Positions 37,564 through 49,963 of a DNA stretch of 64,000 nt are shown here, one piece after another. Position 1 is the first letter of the stretch; the number at the start of each line of letters is the position of its first letter. Source of the stretch: Podarcis vaucheri (Eukaryota); the NCBI GenBank assembly GCA_965113315.1, contig OZ220372.1; one strand, given 5' to 3'. Below the pieces are notes generated by a model. The model had not been told where the DNA came from and searched no databases. It saw only the letters and a program-made list of their open reading frames with translations. The translations under genes and the position numbers were made by a program.

Positions 37564-38976
37564 TGCTTGGTGGACCTCAGGCATCTAGAAAGAAAGAAAA
37601 AATCAATAGTGCCAAAGTAGACCCTTTTATCCTCCTCACCCCCGGCATAAAAATCACATAGCTAGAATAAAATGTCATGCATCGTTGGTAAACTTTGGCC
37701 CTCTCTAGTCCCTCCACACACTGAGGAATATTTCTCCACTCTCTTAAAAAACAACAACCCACACAGCCACTTCCAGAAACTGCACAGATTGTTCAAAGTG
37801 CAGAAGGCTTTCAATATGTCCTCCACCTACGTCCCAGCGTGACATTCCGCAAATGTCAGACTTGAGGAAATTCGGTGGATGTTGTTTTCCTTCACGCTTT
37901 GGAGTTTAGAGAATATTTTTTCTTCCCCTACAGTTCAGGCTTTGCAGTGTACCCTGGATATTTTTTTTTGGCCTTTTCCTTGGTAGTGCTCAGATGATGA
38001 AGGAAAAGATCGGGCTGGGGAGTGGGGGTGGGAGAAGGCTTTGTGAAATTCATAGCAAATTCATGGCTTGTCACAATTTTATTTAAATTATGGTCCTTGA
38101 GCTCTCTTGCAGTCAGTAGCATCTCCTCAGATGCGGCCAGCCCAACCATTGCACAGAGTGAGCCAGTACAGCCTTTCTAGCCTTCCCTCAGGCGTAAGCA
38201 GTGGTTTTTTCCTTAAAAAATGTTTAGGGGAACTCTCATTCTGTCTGAGACTCAGGAAACACCATGACAGGAAATGAGGTCGCTATCGGGGGTAGCAACG
38301 GAACTGACGATTCACTGTGCTAGAGAAGAAACTAATTTTTTTAATTTTTTTAGTTTTTTTTCTCCCATCAGATTCACAAAATGCTTAGGGGTATGCATAC
38401 CCCTGTGCCCCCCCCCCAGAAAAAAAGCACTGGGTGTAAGTGAAATTCAACTGCCTGTCTGGTCAGCTTCTGTCCATAGAAAGGGGAGGGCTGTGTTTGG
38501 TCCTTTGCCTCAGGCAGCAAAATGTTCTGGGCACCCTTTCCTAAGGGGTTATCGTGTACCAATGTAGAAAGCAAAATGAGCTGAGAGCTGGCAAGGCTGG
38601 CTTGAATCTCACCAGAGTTACTGTCTTTCAGCTCTGGCATACCCTTCGACTGCCCCGATTAAATTGGGACATCCCATTTTGGGGTGCGATGCTCTCAGCG
38701 CAGTGTGTGAGAGTGTGGAACCCAAAATGGCATGTGTGGGGTAGGTGACTCGTGAGGGAGCGCAGCCGGGAACATGCACGTCTTGGTTTTCAGCCCCAGC
38801 ATGTTGGAGGGTCTGCTTTGGCCCCAAACATTCGCAATATGTGTGTCATGTTTATGGTCTGTCTCATTCGGAAACATGCCTGGCGTGTAAAATCAAAACT
38901 CCTCTTCTGGGGTGTAGCTCCCTCCATACTTAAGTGGGAACTCGTTGGAGACTTAGTCTGGCCTATGGAGCAAATA

Positions 38977-39196
38977 CAGTCATACCTCGTGATACGATTG
39001 CTTCTGGTTACGTGTTTTTGGGTTGCAAACCTGGAAGTACCGGAACGGGTTACTTCTGGGTTTCGCCGCTCGCACATGCGCAGAAGCGTTAAATCGCTTC
39101 ACGCGCTTGCGCAGGCGCGGCGCTTCAGGATGCGGACGTTGCGGGTTGCGGACGTGCCCTTGTCACGGATTACGTCTGCAACCTGAGGTTCCACTG
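38977..39196. mobile_element. Tigger-like MITE (CpG-rich family; relative at 46462-46686)
   Basis: TA|CAGTCATACCTC...GAGGTTCCACTG. Confidence 0.75.
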
Positions 39197-39274
39197 TGCT
39201 AGCTGCTGTGCTGAGTTGTTAATCTGTCATTTACCAAGAATTACTACTCCTGAAGCTTTTCTGACTCATTATTT

Positions 39275-39492
39275 ATTACGTATTCATTGCATTTATATTT
39301 CACTTTTTTCTCCAAGAAGGTGGCATACGTGGTTCTTCCCCCTCTTCAGATAATCCCCAGAACAACCCTGTGACATAGATAAGGCTGAGAGGCAGTGGCT
39401 GGCCCAAGGTCCTCTAGTGAGCTTCATGGCCAAGTGGAGATTTGAACCCAAGACTCAGGTCCTAGCACAACACTAATCACCACACCATACTG
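39275..39492 (-). mobile_element. tRNA-derived SINE (CORE/L2-tailed type; related copies near 54890-55000 and 61180-61390)
   Basis: Reverse B-box GATTTGAACCC and core aacaaccctgtga...ggctgagag...ggcccaaggtc. Confidence 0.65.
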
Positions 39493-39998
39493 GTTTTAGA
39501 GCAGACCCTTTTCAAGATTTCCTCACACAGCAATACTAAAATGTGGCACTGTTCCCCAAATCCACAAGATGCTACAAAGTGAACAAATGATATTGTCCTC
39601 ACTTCCAGACCATCCAAGTGTCCCTATTTTCCAGGGACTGTCCTGGATTTACAGAAGCCGTCCCTCCTTTCATTGGAATTCTTTTTTTTTTTTTTTTTAG
39701 GGTATGGAGTTACGTGACCCCCAAGCCAAGGAGACTATACAACTTTCAGAAGACATCTGAAGGCAGACCAGTATAAAATGTTTTTTTTTTAATGTTTCAT
39801 GTTTCATTATGTTTTTTATATGTTGGAAGCTGCCCAGAGTGGCTGGGACAACCCAGTCAGATGGGCAGGGTATAAATAATAAAATTATTATTATGGAATA
39901 GGACACCCCTATTTTCGTTGGAGAAATGCTGGAGGGTGTGCACTTCCCAAAGGCTTGCAAGAATTACCTCTGTAGTGGGAAGTGCTTTTGACATTAGT

Positions 39999-40306
39999 CT
40001 AAACCTCTGAGCCTAGGGCTTGTCGATCGGAAGGTTGGTGGTTTGAATCCCCATGACAGGGTGAGCTCCCGTTGCTCTGTCCCAGCTCTTGCCCACCTAG
40101 CAGTTCAAAAGCACGTCAAAGTGCAAGTAGATAAATAGGTACCGCTCTGGCGGGAAGGTAAACAGCATTTCTGTGCACTGCTCTGGTTTGCCAGAAGCAG
40201 CTTAGTCATGCTGGCCACAGGACCCGGAAGCTGTAAGCTGGCTCCCTCGGCCAGTAAAGCGAGATGAGCACCACAACTCCAGAGTCGTCAGCAAGGGTCC
40301 TTTACC
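39999..40306 (+). mobile_element. Sauria SINE
   Basis: Same head and body as the copy at 37223. Confidence 0.85.
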
Positions 40307-41044
40307 ATATATTTACTGTGGGACGTCATTGCTTCATTTCCTCGAGGGCTCTCACTGCAAGTGGCAGAGCCATAGTTACAGTACAGCTGGGATGATGGTT
40401 GGATCACATTCTCTGTAAGTCAAACGGCAAGTCCTAGGAAACTATTTCCCCTGTCCTCATGATGACTCAAGGGAATAGAATAGAACATGAAGCCAATCTG
40501 GCATGCAGGCCCCAGGGAAAGTTTGCGCAGCTCGCATTCTCAGTTTCCTGTGCAGTTCCGAGAGAGATCTTGTTGACACAACCCTCACCCTTTCTCTCCT
40601 CTTGACATAGCTTCTCCCCCCTTTTGGAAAGTATCGTAATGACTGCTGGGAAACGATCCCTAACCATGCTTTTCATGACAGAAAATGGAGTGTTTTCCCT
40701 TCCCCATCTCATGAAATTCCGTTGGCAGAGAAACACGGAAGGATAACAGTTTCTGGGTCGCACTCTTGTGTTTTCTTCTCAGAGTTGTGTGTGTTGTGTG
40801 GTGTAGTGGCGGATGCTGTTTGGTTGCTACTTTTGAAGTGAGATTGAATCGCCTCCCTGGTCAGTCTTAGCCTTTGCCTCAGGTGGCAAAATGTTTTAGG
40901 GAGTCCTCCAACAGTGTACATGTCTTTCAGTCAGAACTTGGTGAAACTCAGTTCCAGCACCTCTCAGGTGGGCACCATTGCTATTTTTAAAAGAACGAGG
41001 TTCATGGTGAGTTCCAACATCTCTTTTTCTAGAAAAAGAGCATT

Positions 41045-41275
41045 CAGTGGTACCTTGGGTTAAGAACTTAATTCATTCTGGAGGTCCGTTCTTAACTTGA
41101 AACTGTTCTTAACCTGAGGTACCGCTTTAGCTGATGGGGCCTCCCGCCGCCGCCGTGCGATTTCTGTTCTCATCCTGAAGCAAAGTTCTTAACCCGAGGT
41201 ACTCTTTCTGGGTTAGCGGAGTCTGGAACCTGAAGCGTCTGGAACCTGAAGCGTCTTTAACCTGAGGTACCACTG
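41045..41275. mobile_element. Tigger-like MITE
   Basis: CAGTGGTACCTTGGGTT...AACCTGAGGTACCACTG. Confidence 0.85.
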
Positions 41276-41780
41276 CAGAGTACATCGAACCCTGAACTTT
41301 GTGTTTTTACTGGAGTGACAGCATTCTATGTTGTAGGGGTGACCACCCACTTCCCTGAGCTTTGTTCACTTGCGTAACCAGTTTGAAACGTCCCTTATTG
41401 CTACTGTGAGCTCAATCTGTTTTCTCTAGGATGGTTTTTTTTATCAGGTACAGAATGAATATTATGGTGTGATGCTTGTCATTGGCATGGCATGTGCTGT
41501 AGTAGCTTTGATTACCCTGAATGGGCAGGATCTGATTCTTTTTCCTTCAGAATTTGGATCATCCCAAGCAGGATGGAATGTGTCAAGATCAAAAGAGCAT
41601 CACCAGTTAACCTGTTGCCCTCCATCTGGACTCCAGTTCCCACCAGCAGCTCCCCAACCAGTGGCCAGTTGTGAGAGTTGTCATCCAGCAACACCTAGAA
41701 GGTTATGGGGTCCTTCATGCCTGAAGAAGAAAGCCTTGGCACCTTCCTGGCAACATGAGACTATTTGATGCACACTATAT

Positions 41781-42134
41781 AGGGACGCAGGTGGCGCTGT
41801 GGGTTACACCACAGAGCCTAGGACTTGCCGATCAGAAGATTGGCGGTTTGAATCCCCGCGACGGGGTGAGCTCCCGTTGCTCGGTCCCTTCTCCTGCCAA
41901 CCTAGCAGTTCAAAAGCACGTCAAAGTGCAAGTAGATAAATAGGTACCACTCCAGCGGGAAGGTAAACGCCATTTCCGTGCACTACTCTGGCTCACCAGA
42001 AGCGGCTTAGTTACGCTGGCCACATGACCCGGAAGCTTTATGCCGGCTCCCTTGGCCAATAAAGCGAGATGAGCGCCGCAACCCAAGAGTCCGTCACAAC
42101 TGGACCTAATGGTCAGGGGTCCCTTTACCTTTTA
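41781..42134 (+). mobile_element. Full-length Sauria SINE
   Basis: AGGGACGCAGGTGGCGCTGTGG...GGGGTCCCTTTACCTTT. Confidence 0.9.
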
Positions 42135-42489
42135 CTTATTATGGCAGCTAGAAAAAAAGTGGAAGTCTGGACAATACTAACTCAGACATGCCAGTTTCTC
42201 TGAAGGTTTCTTCTTTTCTCTGGTTATTTTCTCTTACTGCCACCACACCATTTATTTATTTTTTTGTTTCAGCAAAGACATCAGGCCTATAAGAACTTCT
42301 GCTGTGGCTACCACTCAGGAGGACTCCCCTGCTCAGTGCCTGAGGGCTCCAGTCCTGCTACTCACCATCTGGCCCAGGGCGGTACGGTCTCAGTACAACA
42401 TAGTTTCCTATGTTTCTCCTGTTTACATAGCACTGTTGGGGGGACAAGTCTGAAGTACTGTTTTGGGGGGACAGGGGGTGGGTGGATGT

Positions 42490-42962
42490 GGGGTACGCCC
42501 TGGTCCTGAATGGGGTAACAGTGCCCCTGAAGGACCAAGTGTGCAGCCTGGAAGTCATTTTGGACTCACAGCTGTCCATGAAGGCGCAGGTCAATTCTGT
42601 GTCCAGGGCAGCTGTCTACCAGCTCCATCTGGTATGCAGGCTGAGACCCTACCTGCCCGTGGATTGTCTTGCCTGAGTGGTGCATGCTCTAGTTCTCTCT
42701 TGCTTGGACTACTGCAATGCGGTCTACGTGGGGCTACCTTTGAAGGTGACTTGGAAACTACAACTAATCCAGAATGAGGCACCTAGACTGGTGACTAGGA
42801 GCGGCCACTGGATCCATATAACACCGGTCCTAAGGATCTTCACTGGCTCCCAGTACGTTTCCAAGCACAATTCAAAGTGTCCGTGCTGACCTTTAAAGCC
42901 CTAAATGGCCTCAGCCCAGTATACCTGAAGGAACGTCTCCACCCCCATCATTCAGCCCAGAC
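42490..42962 (+). mobile_element. L2 LINE ORF2 internal fragment (post-RT), degraded
   Basis: VLNGVTVPLKDQVCSLEVILDSQLSM...RLRPYL and VHALVLSCLDYCNAVYVGLP...LQLIQN are typical L2 motifs. Confidence 0.85.
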
Positions 42963-43210
42963 ATCTAGCTCCATGGGGTAGGCAGCTCTCTTCAGTTGTA
43001 TACCTTCTGCATATATCTGCCACCACAAGAAGAGAATTTCTAGCTTTTTTCACAGGGTGATCATGTCAAATGAGTCCATCCAAAATCTCAGGTATATCAA
43101 GAACCATCTCCTGCTATTCCCAGATGCTCCATATCCCAACATAACTTAGGTGACAAACTCATGACACTCTGGGACAAAGACTGTTTTGTCACTTGAAAAC
43201 CCAAACCGCC

Positions 43211-43216
43211 TTTATT
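43211..43216 (-). terminator. LMOD2 polyadenylation signal
   Basis: AATAAA on the minus strand about 370 nt after the stop, followed by GT-rich sequence. Confidence 0.65.
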
Positions 43217-43582
43217 GTAAATTCACGAGGCAGACATCAAAAATAAAATGCACAGGTCACTGAACAATTCCTTCTCTGTATAAAGAACATGTTCTGTGAG
43301 GTGGTACTTGGTATCAACAAGAACATCTAAAGAAACTATTTCTTCTTAGAAATCTCATCAGATAAAAAAAAAATGTACGTTCCAATATTTACAAATGTAA
43401 ATGCTGGTGCATCCTTCGAAGCGTTGCTTGATGGTTTATCGGTCTCTGTTCATATTCAAATATAAGAGTGCACTCTTGAAGCCATTTACATTAGTCTATA
43501 GAACAGCTGCAGAACAACTTGGTATCTTTCTCTTAACCATCATTAAACTCTCATCTCGGTCATTTGCATTCCTGTTTGTTTT

Positions 43583-43609
43583 TCATCGCAGTGCTTCTGG
43601 GATTTCCAC
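43583..43609 (-). CDS. LMOD2: Leiomodin-2 exon 3 (WH2 end and stop)
   Basis: ctttttttag|GTG GAA ATC CCA GAA GCA CTG CGA TGA, encoding VEIPEALR*. Confidence 0.95.
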   Translation of the reverse strand: MEIPEALR

Positions 43610-43915
43610 CTAAAAAAAAGAGAGGGGGGGAGTTTTGTTTTTCTGATTTAGAAATTTTAAATGGAAGGAAAAGAATCAGGTGGTCTAACTAGGAAAAAGA
43701 GTCAATATCTAATATATTGAATGGTTATGAGGTAGTAAAAATATTATCCATGATACTGGAGCACTGTTATTGTTTTTAATGTTTAATATAATTAATGATA
43801 CTGGAGCACTGGTTATTGTTTTTAATGTCTGACATTTTATTATGTCTTTATATGTGTTGAAAGCCACTCAGAGTGCCTGGGGCAATCCAGTCAGATGGGT
43901 GGGTTATAAATAAAA

Positions 43916-43954
<39 letters not shown>

Positions 43955-44262
43955 GGAACACATAACAAGAAAATGGCTAACAGGTGGCGTACAAAGCTAC
44001 GTTATCTGGTACCTACTAGACCTACCAGATATTAACCAGGATTTGGTTTTGAAAAATCATTCCAGACAGATTTGTAAGGAATTCTCAAAATATTTTGTAA
44101 ATTTCATATGCATGTTGGATTTCTTTGCCACCTGCATTCTTATGAGACAAAAGCCTGCCGCACATCTTTCTACTGAGGGCAACTTTCCAGAAGCACATTC
44201 ATTATTTCAGCCAGGCTGTCAATGGCCTGAGTGCATGTACACTATGCTATGAAGCTTAGGGC

Positions 44263-44525
44263 ATGGGTGGGGAGCCGGTGGCCTTCCAGATGTTCTTGGA
44301 TTCCAACCCCCATCATCCTAGATCAGCATTTCCTAAACTTGGGTCTCCAGGTGTTTTTGGCCTACAACTCCCATAAGAAAGAGCAGTGGCCAGGGATGAT
44401 GGGAAGTGTAGTCCCAAAATATCTGGAGATCGAAGTCTGGGAAACCTTGTCCTAGGTCATTTGCTGGGTGGATCTGATGGGAGTTGGATTCTGACATCTG
44501 GAGGACAATAGTTTCCCCATCCTTG
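44263..44525. mobile_element. Palindromic hAT MITE containing a nested MITE (44324-44449)
   Basis: The inner copy is flanked by tcctagat/tcctaggt (7/8 TSD). Outer arms ccagatgt...acatctgg. Confidence 0.65.
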
Positions 44526-45345
44526 TCCTACCAATAAGTGATGACCAACTTTATGGAACCTGAGCATCTATGGGAAGGGTTTGCTCTTGCTCTCAGGCCA
44601 GTGCGTGGAGCCTCTGGGTGCCATTTATACAGCAGGTGGCCACTGATGACATAATGGGCATATTCCCATGTCCACTTACAGGATTCTCCTACAAACTTGC
44701 TCGTTAGTCTAAAGCCTATTGTGGAAACAAAGCACAAGAGAGGCATGAGCTGAGTAAACTCTTCCTACCATACAGCTTGAGATGTTATGTAGACCTCTGG
44801 GACTGAGGGCCACTACCATTTTTGAAACTGTAACAGCAGCTCACGCTACCAATGCACAGTTCTCAAGCTCTGAGTTGGGTGGCCTTGTTTCCTACTTTAC
44901 GAGATGCGGTTCTCTATTTAAAGGAGACTTCTATTTGAAGGGCTGCCCAGTTCAAAGGTTTAAAAAACCCTAAGAAAGGAGAAGAGGGGCATTGAAATTG
45001 CCCACAAACAGCTCATGGAAAGCAGATTGGGTGGACCCGCAGATCAACTGGTCACAGTCTTACAGAAATTATTTCTAATTATACCTCTCAGTGTTGAATG
45101 GAATGTCAATTGAGTCACCGTTGGCTCATAATTCCCCTATTGGGGATTACGCATAATGACTGGAGAATGTACAAAATTCAGCAGAGATATGCAGATTCTC
45201 CAAAGCATGTTAGGGATTATGTCTGTTGACCAGGAAATGTGCACAATTCCCTCTTCGTGGAAGGATTATGAACACATTCTGCACAATGGCCGGCTGTTAT
45301 GCACATTAGCTGCTCAGCTTACATTCCTCTTAATATATACAAATA

Positions 45346-45380
<35 letters not shown>

Positions 45381-45387
45381 CGCGCAT
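45346..45387. repeat. (GT)n(GC)n alternating purine-pyrimidine tract
   Basis: Directly visible in the sequence. Confidence 0.95.
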
Positions 45388-45908
45388 CAGTACATGTATT
45401 TTTACACAAAGCCCTATCCTCCTTCATTCCCCTTTTGTGATGCATAAGTGGCCATCTTGTCAAGGAAGGAGACCCCCACCCAAAACCCAACTGTAGGATT
45501 TCATCTTCTCTCTACTGGTCAGAAAACAGCCTGCTTTCTTTCCTTCACTGCTGAGCCTAGACACCTGATTCACTTCCACTCTGTTTTGTATTTTGAAGGT
45601 TCAATCCCTGGCATCTCCAGATAGTAGGTAAGTAGAGAACCTTGTCTGAAATGCTAGAGTAGCCACACTGTCGGTCAGAGTCAATAATACAGATTTAGAT
45701 GGCCTGACTTGCAACTTCCTGTGTTGTTCTTATGAGAAGACTAGTCTTCGCACGATTGTTTCCTGTGTCTGCTTTTCAGGGGTCTGCTTATACCGCTACC
45801 ACTATACTACACTACACGTTTTCAACCAGATTAACTGTCACGAAGTTCCTTCTACCCCTCAGACTCACTTAGGAATTGAAATTGGTTAAAACAATGAAGC
45901 AGGGCATA

Positions 45909-46078
45909 CCGTATTTTTTGCACCATAACACTCACTTTTTTTCCTCCTAGAAAGTAAGGGGAAATGTCTGTGCGTGTTATGGTGGAAATGCCTACAGGTG
46001 GCATGCCTACGGATTTTCCTTCTCTAAAAACTACGTGCGTGTTATGGTCGGGTGCGTGTTATAGAGCGAAAAATACGG
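45909..46078. mobile_element. Mariner/Tc1-type MITE
   Basis: TA|CCGTATTTTT...AAAAATACGG|TA. Confidence 0.85.
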
Positions 46079-46461
46079 TATATATTTTTTTCAGCCAGAG
46101 CTCAGTTCTGGCACTTCTCAGCTGGGTGTCATTACCATTGTAAGAGAACAAGGGAGGTGTTCATGGTGAGTTCCAGCACCTCTTTTTCTAGAAAAATAGC
46201 ACTGCAAAGAAGCAAACTTTAAAAAGTGCTGAAGAAAATCTTATTTGCAGCAGCACTCCAGTTACGTGATGCCCAACAGGGCCAGTTCCAAGTTTCTGGG
46301 GACCCTCAGGCCAAAAGGATATTACTGAAAGGGATGGGTTTTTTTTTCAAAGCTTGGTCAGGCATTACTTCAATAAAAATATCCATGCCTCACATCTTAA
46401 TTCTCATGTGCATGTTGTTTGAATAGATAACTGGGAATGGTTTTAACTGAGACACTAAGTA

Positions 46462-46686
46462 CAGTCATACCTCATGTTGCGTTTGCTTCAGGTTGCGTCC
46501 CGCGGCAACCCGGAGGCACCAGAAAGGGTTACTTCTGGGTTTCGCCGTTTGCGCAGAGACGCAAAATGATGTCACGCACATGCACAGAAGCGGCGAATCG
46601 CAACCTGCGCACGCGCAGTTTGCGTTCTTTTCAGGTTGCGAATGGGCCTCCAGAATGGATCCCGTTCTCAACCAGAGGTACCACTG
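46462..46686. mobile_element. Tigger-like MITE
   Basis: TA|CAGTCATACCTC...GAGGTACCACTG. Confidence 0.75.
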
Positions 46687-47071
46687 TGTGTGTATGATAC
46701 AAATTGAGACAAATTAATGTGTTGTATTTCTTTTAATGCAGTTAGAATTTTTTCTTGAATATTATGCAATGAGACTTTACTTGATAGTTTAGCTATAAAG
46801 GTGGGGGGGGTAAAGAAAACCTCAGGCTACTTTCTAAACAAAATCTATGGCTGGATCTACACTAATCTGAAAAACACTATTAAAAAACGCTATAAAAATA
46901 TAGCTCTCGATGCAATTTCTCATTGGTGAATGCCCTACACTACAGCTCCCTCTGGGGTTAAATTTTTATAATGCATTTTTAACGCTATAACTCACCAGTG
47001 TAGATAAGTCCTACCTTGTACCTGTGAGATGTTTCTAAATCCCTATCAGCTTTTGGAATGAAGACACTTAC

Positions 47072-48517
47072 CCGCCTCAGCTGTTTCATGCTACTTGCAC
47101 GAATCGCATCCATTAGATCACTATGAATGGATCTCACTGGAGTAGAAGGTCGGGTGGAGGGACGTGAGCCTTCCTCTGCCTTCTTGTCTGGGACTGATTT
47201 TAATGAATTTTTGATTTCCTTCAAGATCTCGTTCTCGTATTTTTTGCTCTTCTTGCCTTTCTTCTTTTTCTGCTTATTTTGTGGGGCCTTCTTGGCACTT
47301 TCCTGTTGTTTGATAACCTCTGCAATATTCCTGGTTGGTGCCTTCTTTTCGGGAGTTATTTGAGGTGGGGGAGGTGGGGGAGGGGGAGGGGGTGGTGGGG
47401 GAGGAGGAGATGGAGGCTGGCTTTTAACAGGAGGAACCTTCTTAGGAACCTTTGGAGAGGAACATGGCGAATTTCTTGGGGAAGAAGGGTGGATTTGGAT
47501 AGATGAGACTTTCCTAGCAACCTTTGGAGAGGACCAAGGTGAACTTCGGGGAGATGAATAAGGCGAAGAACCAGGAGTTACTTTTTGCAAAGCTTTGGTC
47601 TTTGGATTGATGGCTCCATCCCCGCTGGCCTCTAGCTGTCTTTGCTCCTGTATCCGTTTCTGCCTTTGCTTATCCATGTTTCTTGTCAGGATGCTGGTCA
47701 TGCTTATCCTTGGTCCTGCAAGCTCAAAGTGATACCCCAGTTTCACAATAGTAGTATTGTCCTTCAGGAGTTTGACAATGTCCATTTCAACCTGGCTGCC
47801 CATGATATGCCTTTGGTTGTGGAACCGCAATTCCGTCAAAACCTTGTTGTTTTGCAAAGCCCTCATGATAGCAAGGATTCCTTTGCCCGTGATGAAATTG
47901 GAATCCAGATTCAGATTCGAGATGTGCTGGTTCACTTTTAACATGCCGGCAATAGCCATTGCCGCATTGTCGTCTGCATGAGTGTTGGCCAAGCTAAAGG
48001 TCTTGACCACAGTGTTGTTCTTGAGGGCCTGCGCAAAATGCGTCAGCATCTGTGGTGTGATGTTTTCAATGTTGTTTAAGTTGACTTCCGTGGTGTCGGG
48101 ATCATTGTTCCTGACTTTTTCCAGGGCATCTTCAATCACCGTCGGATTTCCACATGGGTGCATGGCGCCTGCCCTGCAGCCCAAATCTTCAGTATTCTTT
48201 TCACTATGGCCATTGGTAACAATTTCATTTGCATTCTTGCTACTTTTTTTTAGTTTAATGCTGAGCGAACTTCTTCTTTTTTCGGTGTCTGCAGCATTTT
48301 TACACGCTTCAGCAGGTTTCTTTTCTTCATCGTCGTCTGCACCACTTTCTCCTCCAGCGTCATCTTCTTCTTCCTCCTCTTCCTCCTCTTCTTCCTTATC
48401 CTCCTCTTCTTCATCTTCTTCAGTGAATGCCTCTTCGGAAACTTCGCTGTTACTTTCCGTGAAATATTCTTCATTAATTTCTTCCGATCCGTCTTCATCA
48501 TCTTCTTGTTTAGATTC
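47072..48517 (-). CDS. LMOD2: Leiomodin-2 exon 2 (acidic tract, LRR actin-binding domain, polyPro, basic region, WH2)
   Basis: ttttttag|GAATCT start and CGG|GTAAGT end, 1446 nt open. [31 protein letters not shown]...[17 protein letters not shown]...[15 protein letters not shown]. Confidence 0.98.
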
Positions 48518-48862
48518 CTAAAAAAGAACGTAGGTTCAATGATTGTCAAAATAAAAACATACCTTATCATAAGGGTTCTCAGAGTTTTCTAGGGAGACAA
48601 CCCTGGGGCTTTCCCAGATGCTCAGTTTGTCAAGTAAACATAATGCACCATTATTTTTCATTCATTTCATGAGACCCAGGCATCATTCCTCAAAAAAGCG
48701 GATTTTTCATCAAAAAACATCTCATGTAATATCTCAGTACATTGTGGACTGTCTCGATTTGGAATGTTATGGCTATGGACACCCATTTGAGAATGTCCAC
48801 AGCATCACAATGGGCAAGAAATGCATGATCTGATATTATTGTTCCCCTGTGTTCAAGTAGGG

Positions 48863-48998
48863 CAGGCATGGCCAAACTTGGCCCTCCAGCTGTTTTGGGA
48901 CTGCAATTCCCATCACCCCTGACCACTGGTCCTCTTAGCTAGGGATGATGGGAGTTGTACTCCCAAAACAGCTGGAGGGCCAAGTTTGGCCATGCCTG
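48863..48998. mobile_element. Young palindromic hAT MITE
   Basis: Near-perfect inverted arms CAGGCATGGCCAAACTTGGCCCTCCAGCTG and a perfect TSD AAGTAGGG. Confidence 0.9.
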
Positions 48999-49121
48999 AA
49001 GTAGGGGAACAGTAATGTTGGGGGAAATGGGCATACAGGAAAAACTGGCATACACCAGGAAGGCTGAAGAGGTTTTGCTGGTCAAAAGAAAACTCAGGGC
49101 ATTTTCCTGAGTAGAAATAAC

Positions 49122-49573
49122 TGTTGGCGTTTTGCAACTTTGACCTGTTGCAGGCCCTTAGCCAGACCTTAGCAGAGCATACGCAGAGTTCTCGAAAGCA
49201 ATCAGTTGCAGGCAGGATGGATGAAGCAGGAACCAGTAACTTGTTACTTATAGGTGTGTTTATTATTCACAGCAGACTCTACAAGTTACTATGTACAAGA
49301 ACAGAACAGATACGCGGATCTTAACTAACTCTCTCTCACAAAACCAAACGACTCTTCGACTCCACACTGACCAAACCACAAACACATACCAGTCAGTAGG
49401 TCATAAATCATTATGCCTGTGTGAGACCTTGACCAATGGTAGAGCTGTTTCTAGGCTTCTGTATCTCCAGGCAGAAATTACTCCTTTCTGCTCAGTCATC
49501 TTTGGCTGTCGGCCAACTCTTAATTGATTCTGTGTGAAGCTGCACAGAATTGCACGTAGTCAAAAACCCAACA
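49122..49573 (-). mobile_element. Solo LTR (452 bp)
   Basis: TGTTGGCGTTTT...AAAAACCCAACA termini with 5-bp TSD ATAAC at 49117-49121 and 49574-49578. Strand is inferred from a minus-strand AATAAA. Confidence 0.8.
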
Positions 49574-49644
49574 ATAACATACACATTCCGGTCTTGGGGA
49601 TGGAGGGACAGATACACGGACAACACTGGCCTAACGTGGGGTGT

Positions 49645-49963
49645 AGGTAAAGGTAAAGGGACCCCTAACCATTAGGTCCAGTTGTGGCTGACTCTGGGGT
49701 TGCGGCACTCATCTCGCTTTATTAGCCAAGGGAGCCGGCGTACAGCTTCCGGGTCATGTGGCCAGCATGACTAAGCCGCTTCTGGCAAACCAGAGCAGCG
49801 CATGGAAACGCTGTTTACCTTCCCGCCGGAGTGGTACCTATTTATCTACTTGCACTTTGACGTGCTTTCGAACTTCAAGGTTGGCAGGAGTAGAGACCGA
49901 GCAACGGGAGCTCACCCCGTCACGGGGATTCGAACCGCTGACCTTCTGATCGGCAAGTCCTAG
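49645..49963 (-). mobile_element. Sauria SINE
   Basis: ggtaaaggtaaagggacccc...ggattcgaacc. Confidence 0.9.

Noticed and set aside
47982-48570. 179-aa plus-strand Ser-rich ORF and a 106-aa Lys/Arg-rich minus-strand ORF
   Set aside because: Antisense or alternative frames of the LMOD2 acidic GAA/GAG tract.
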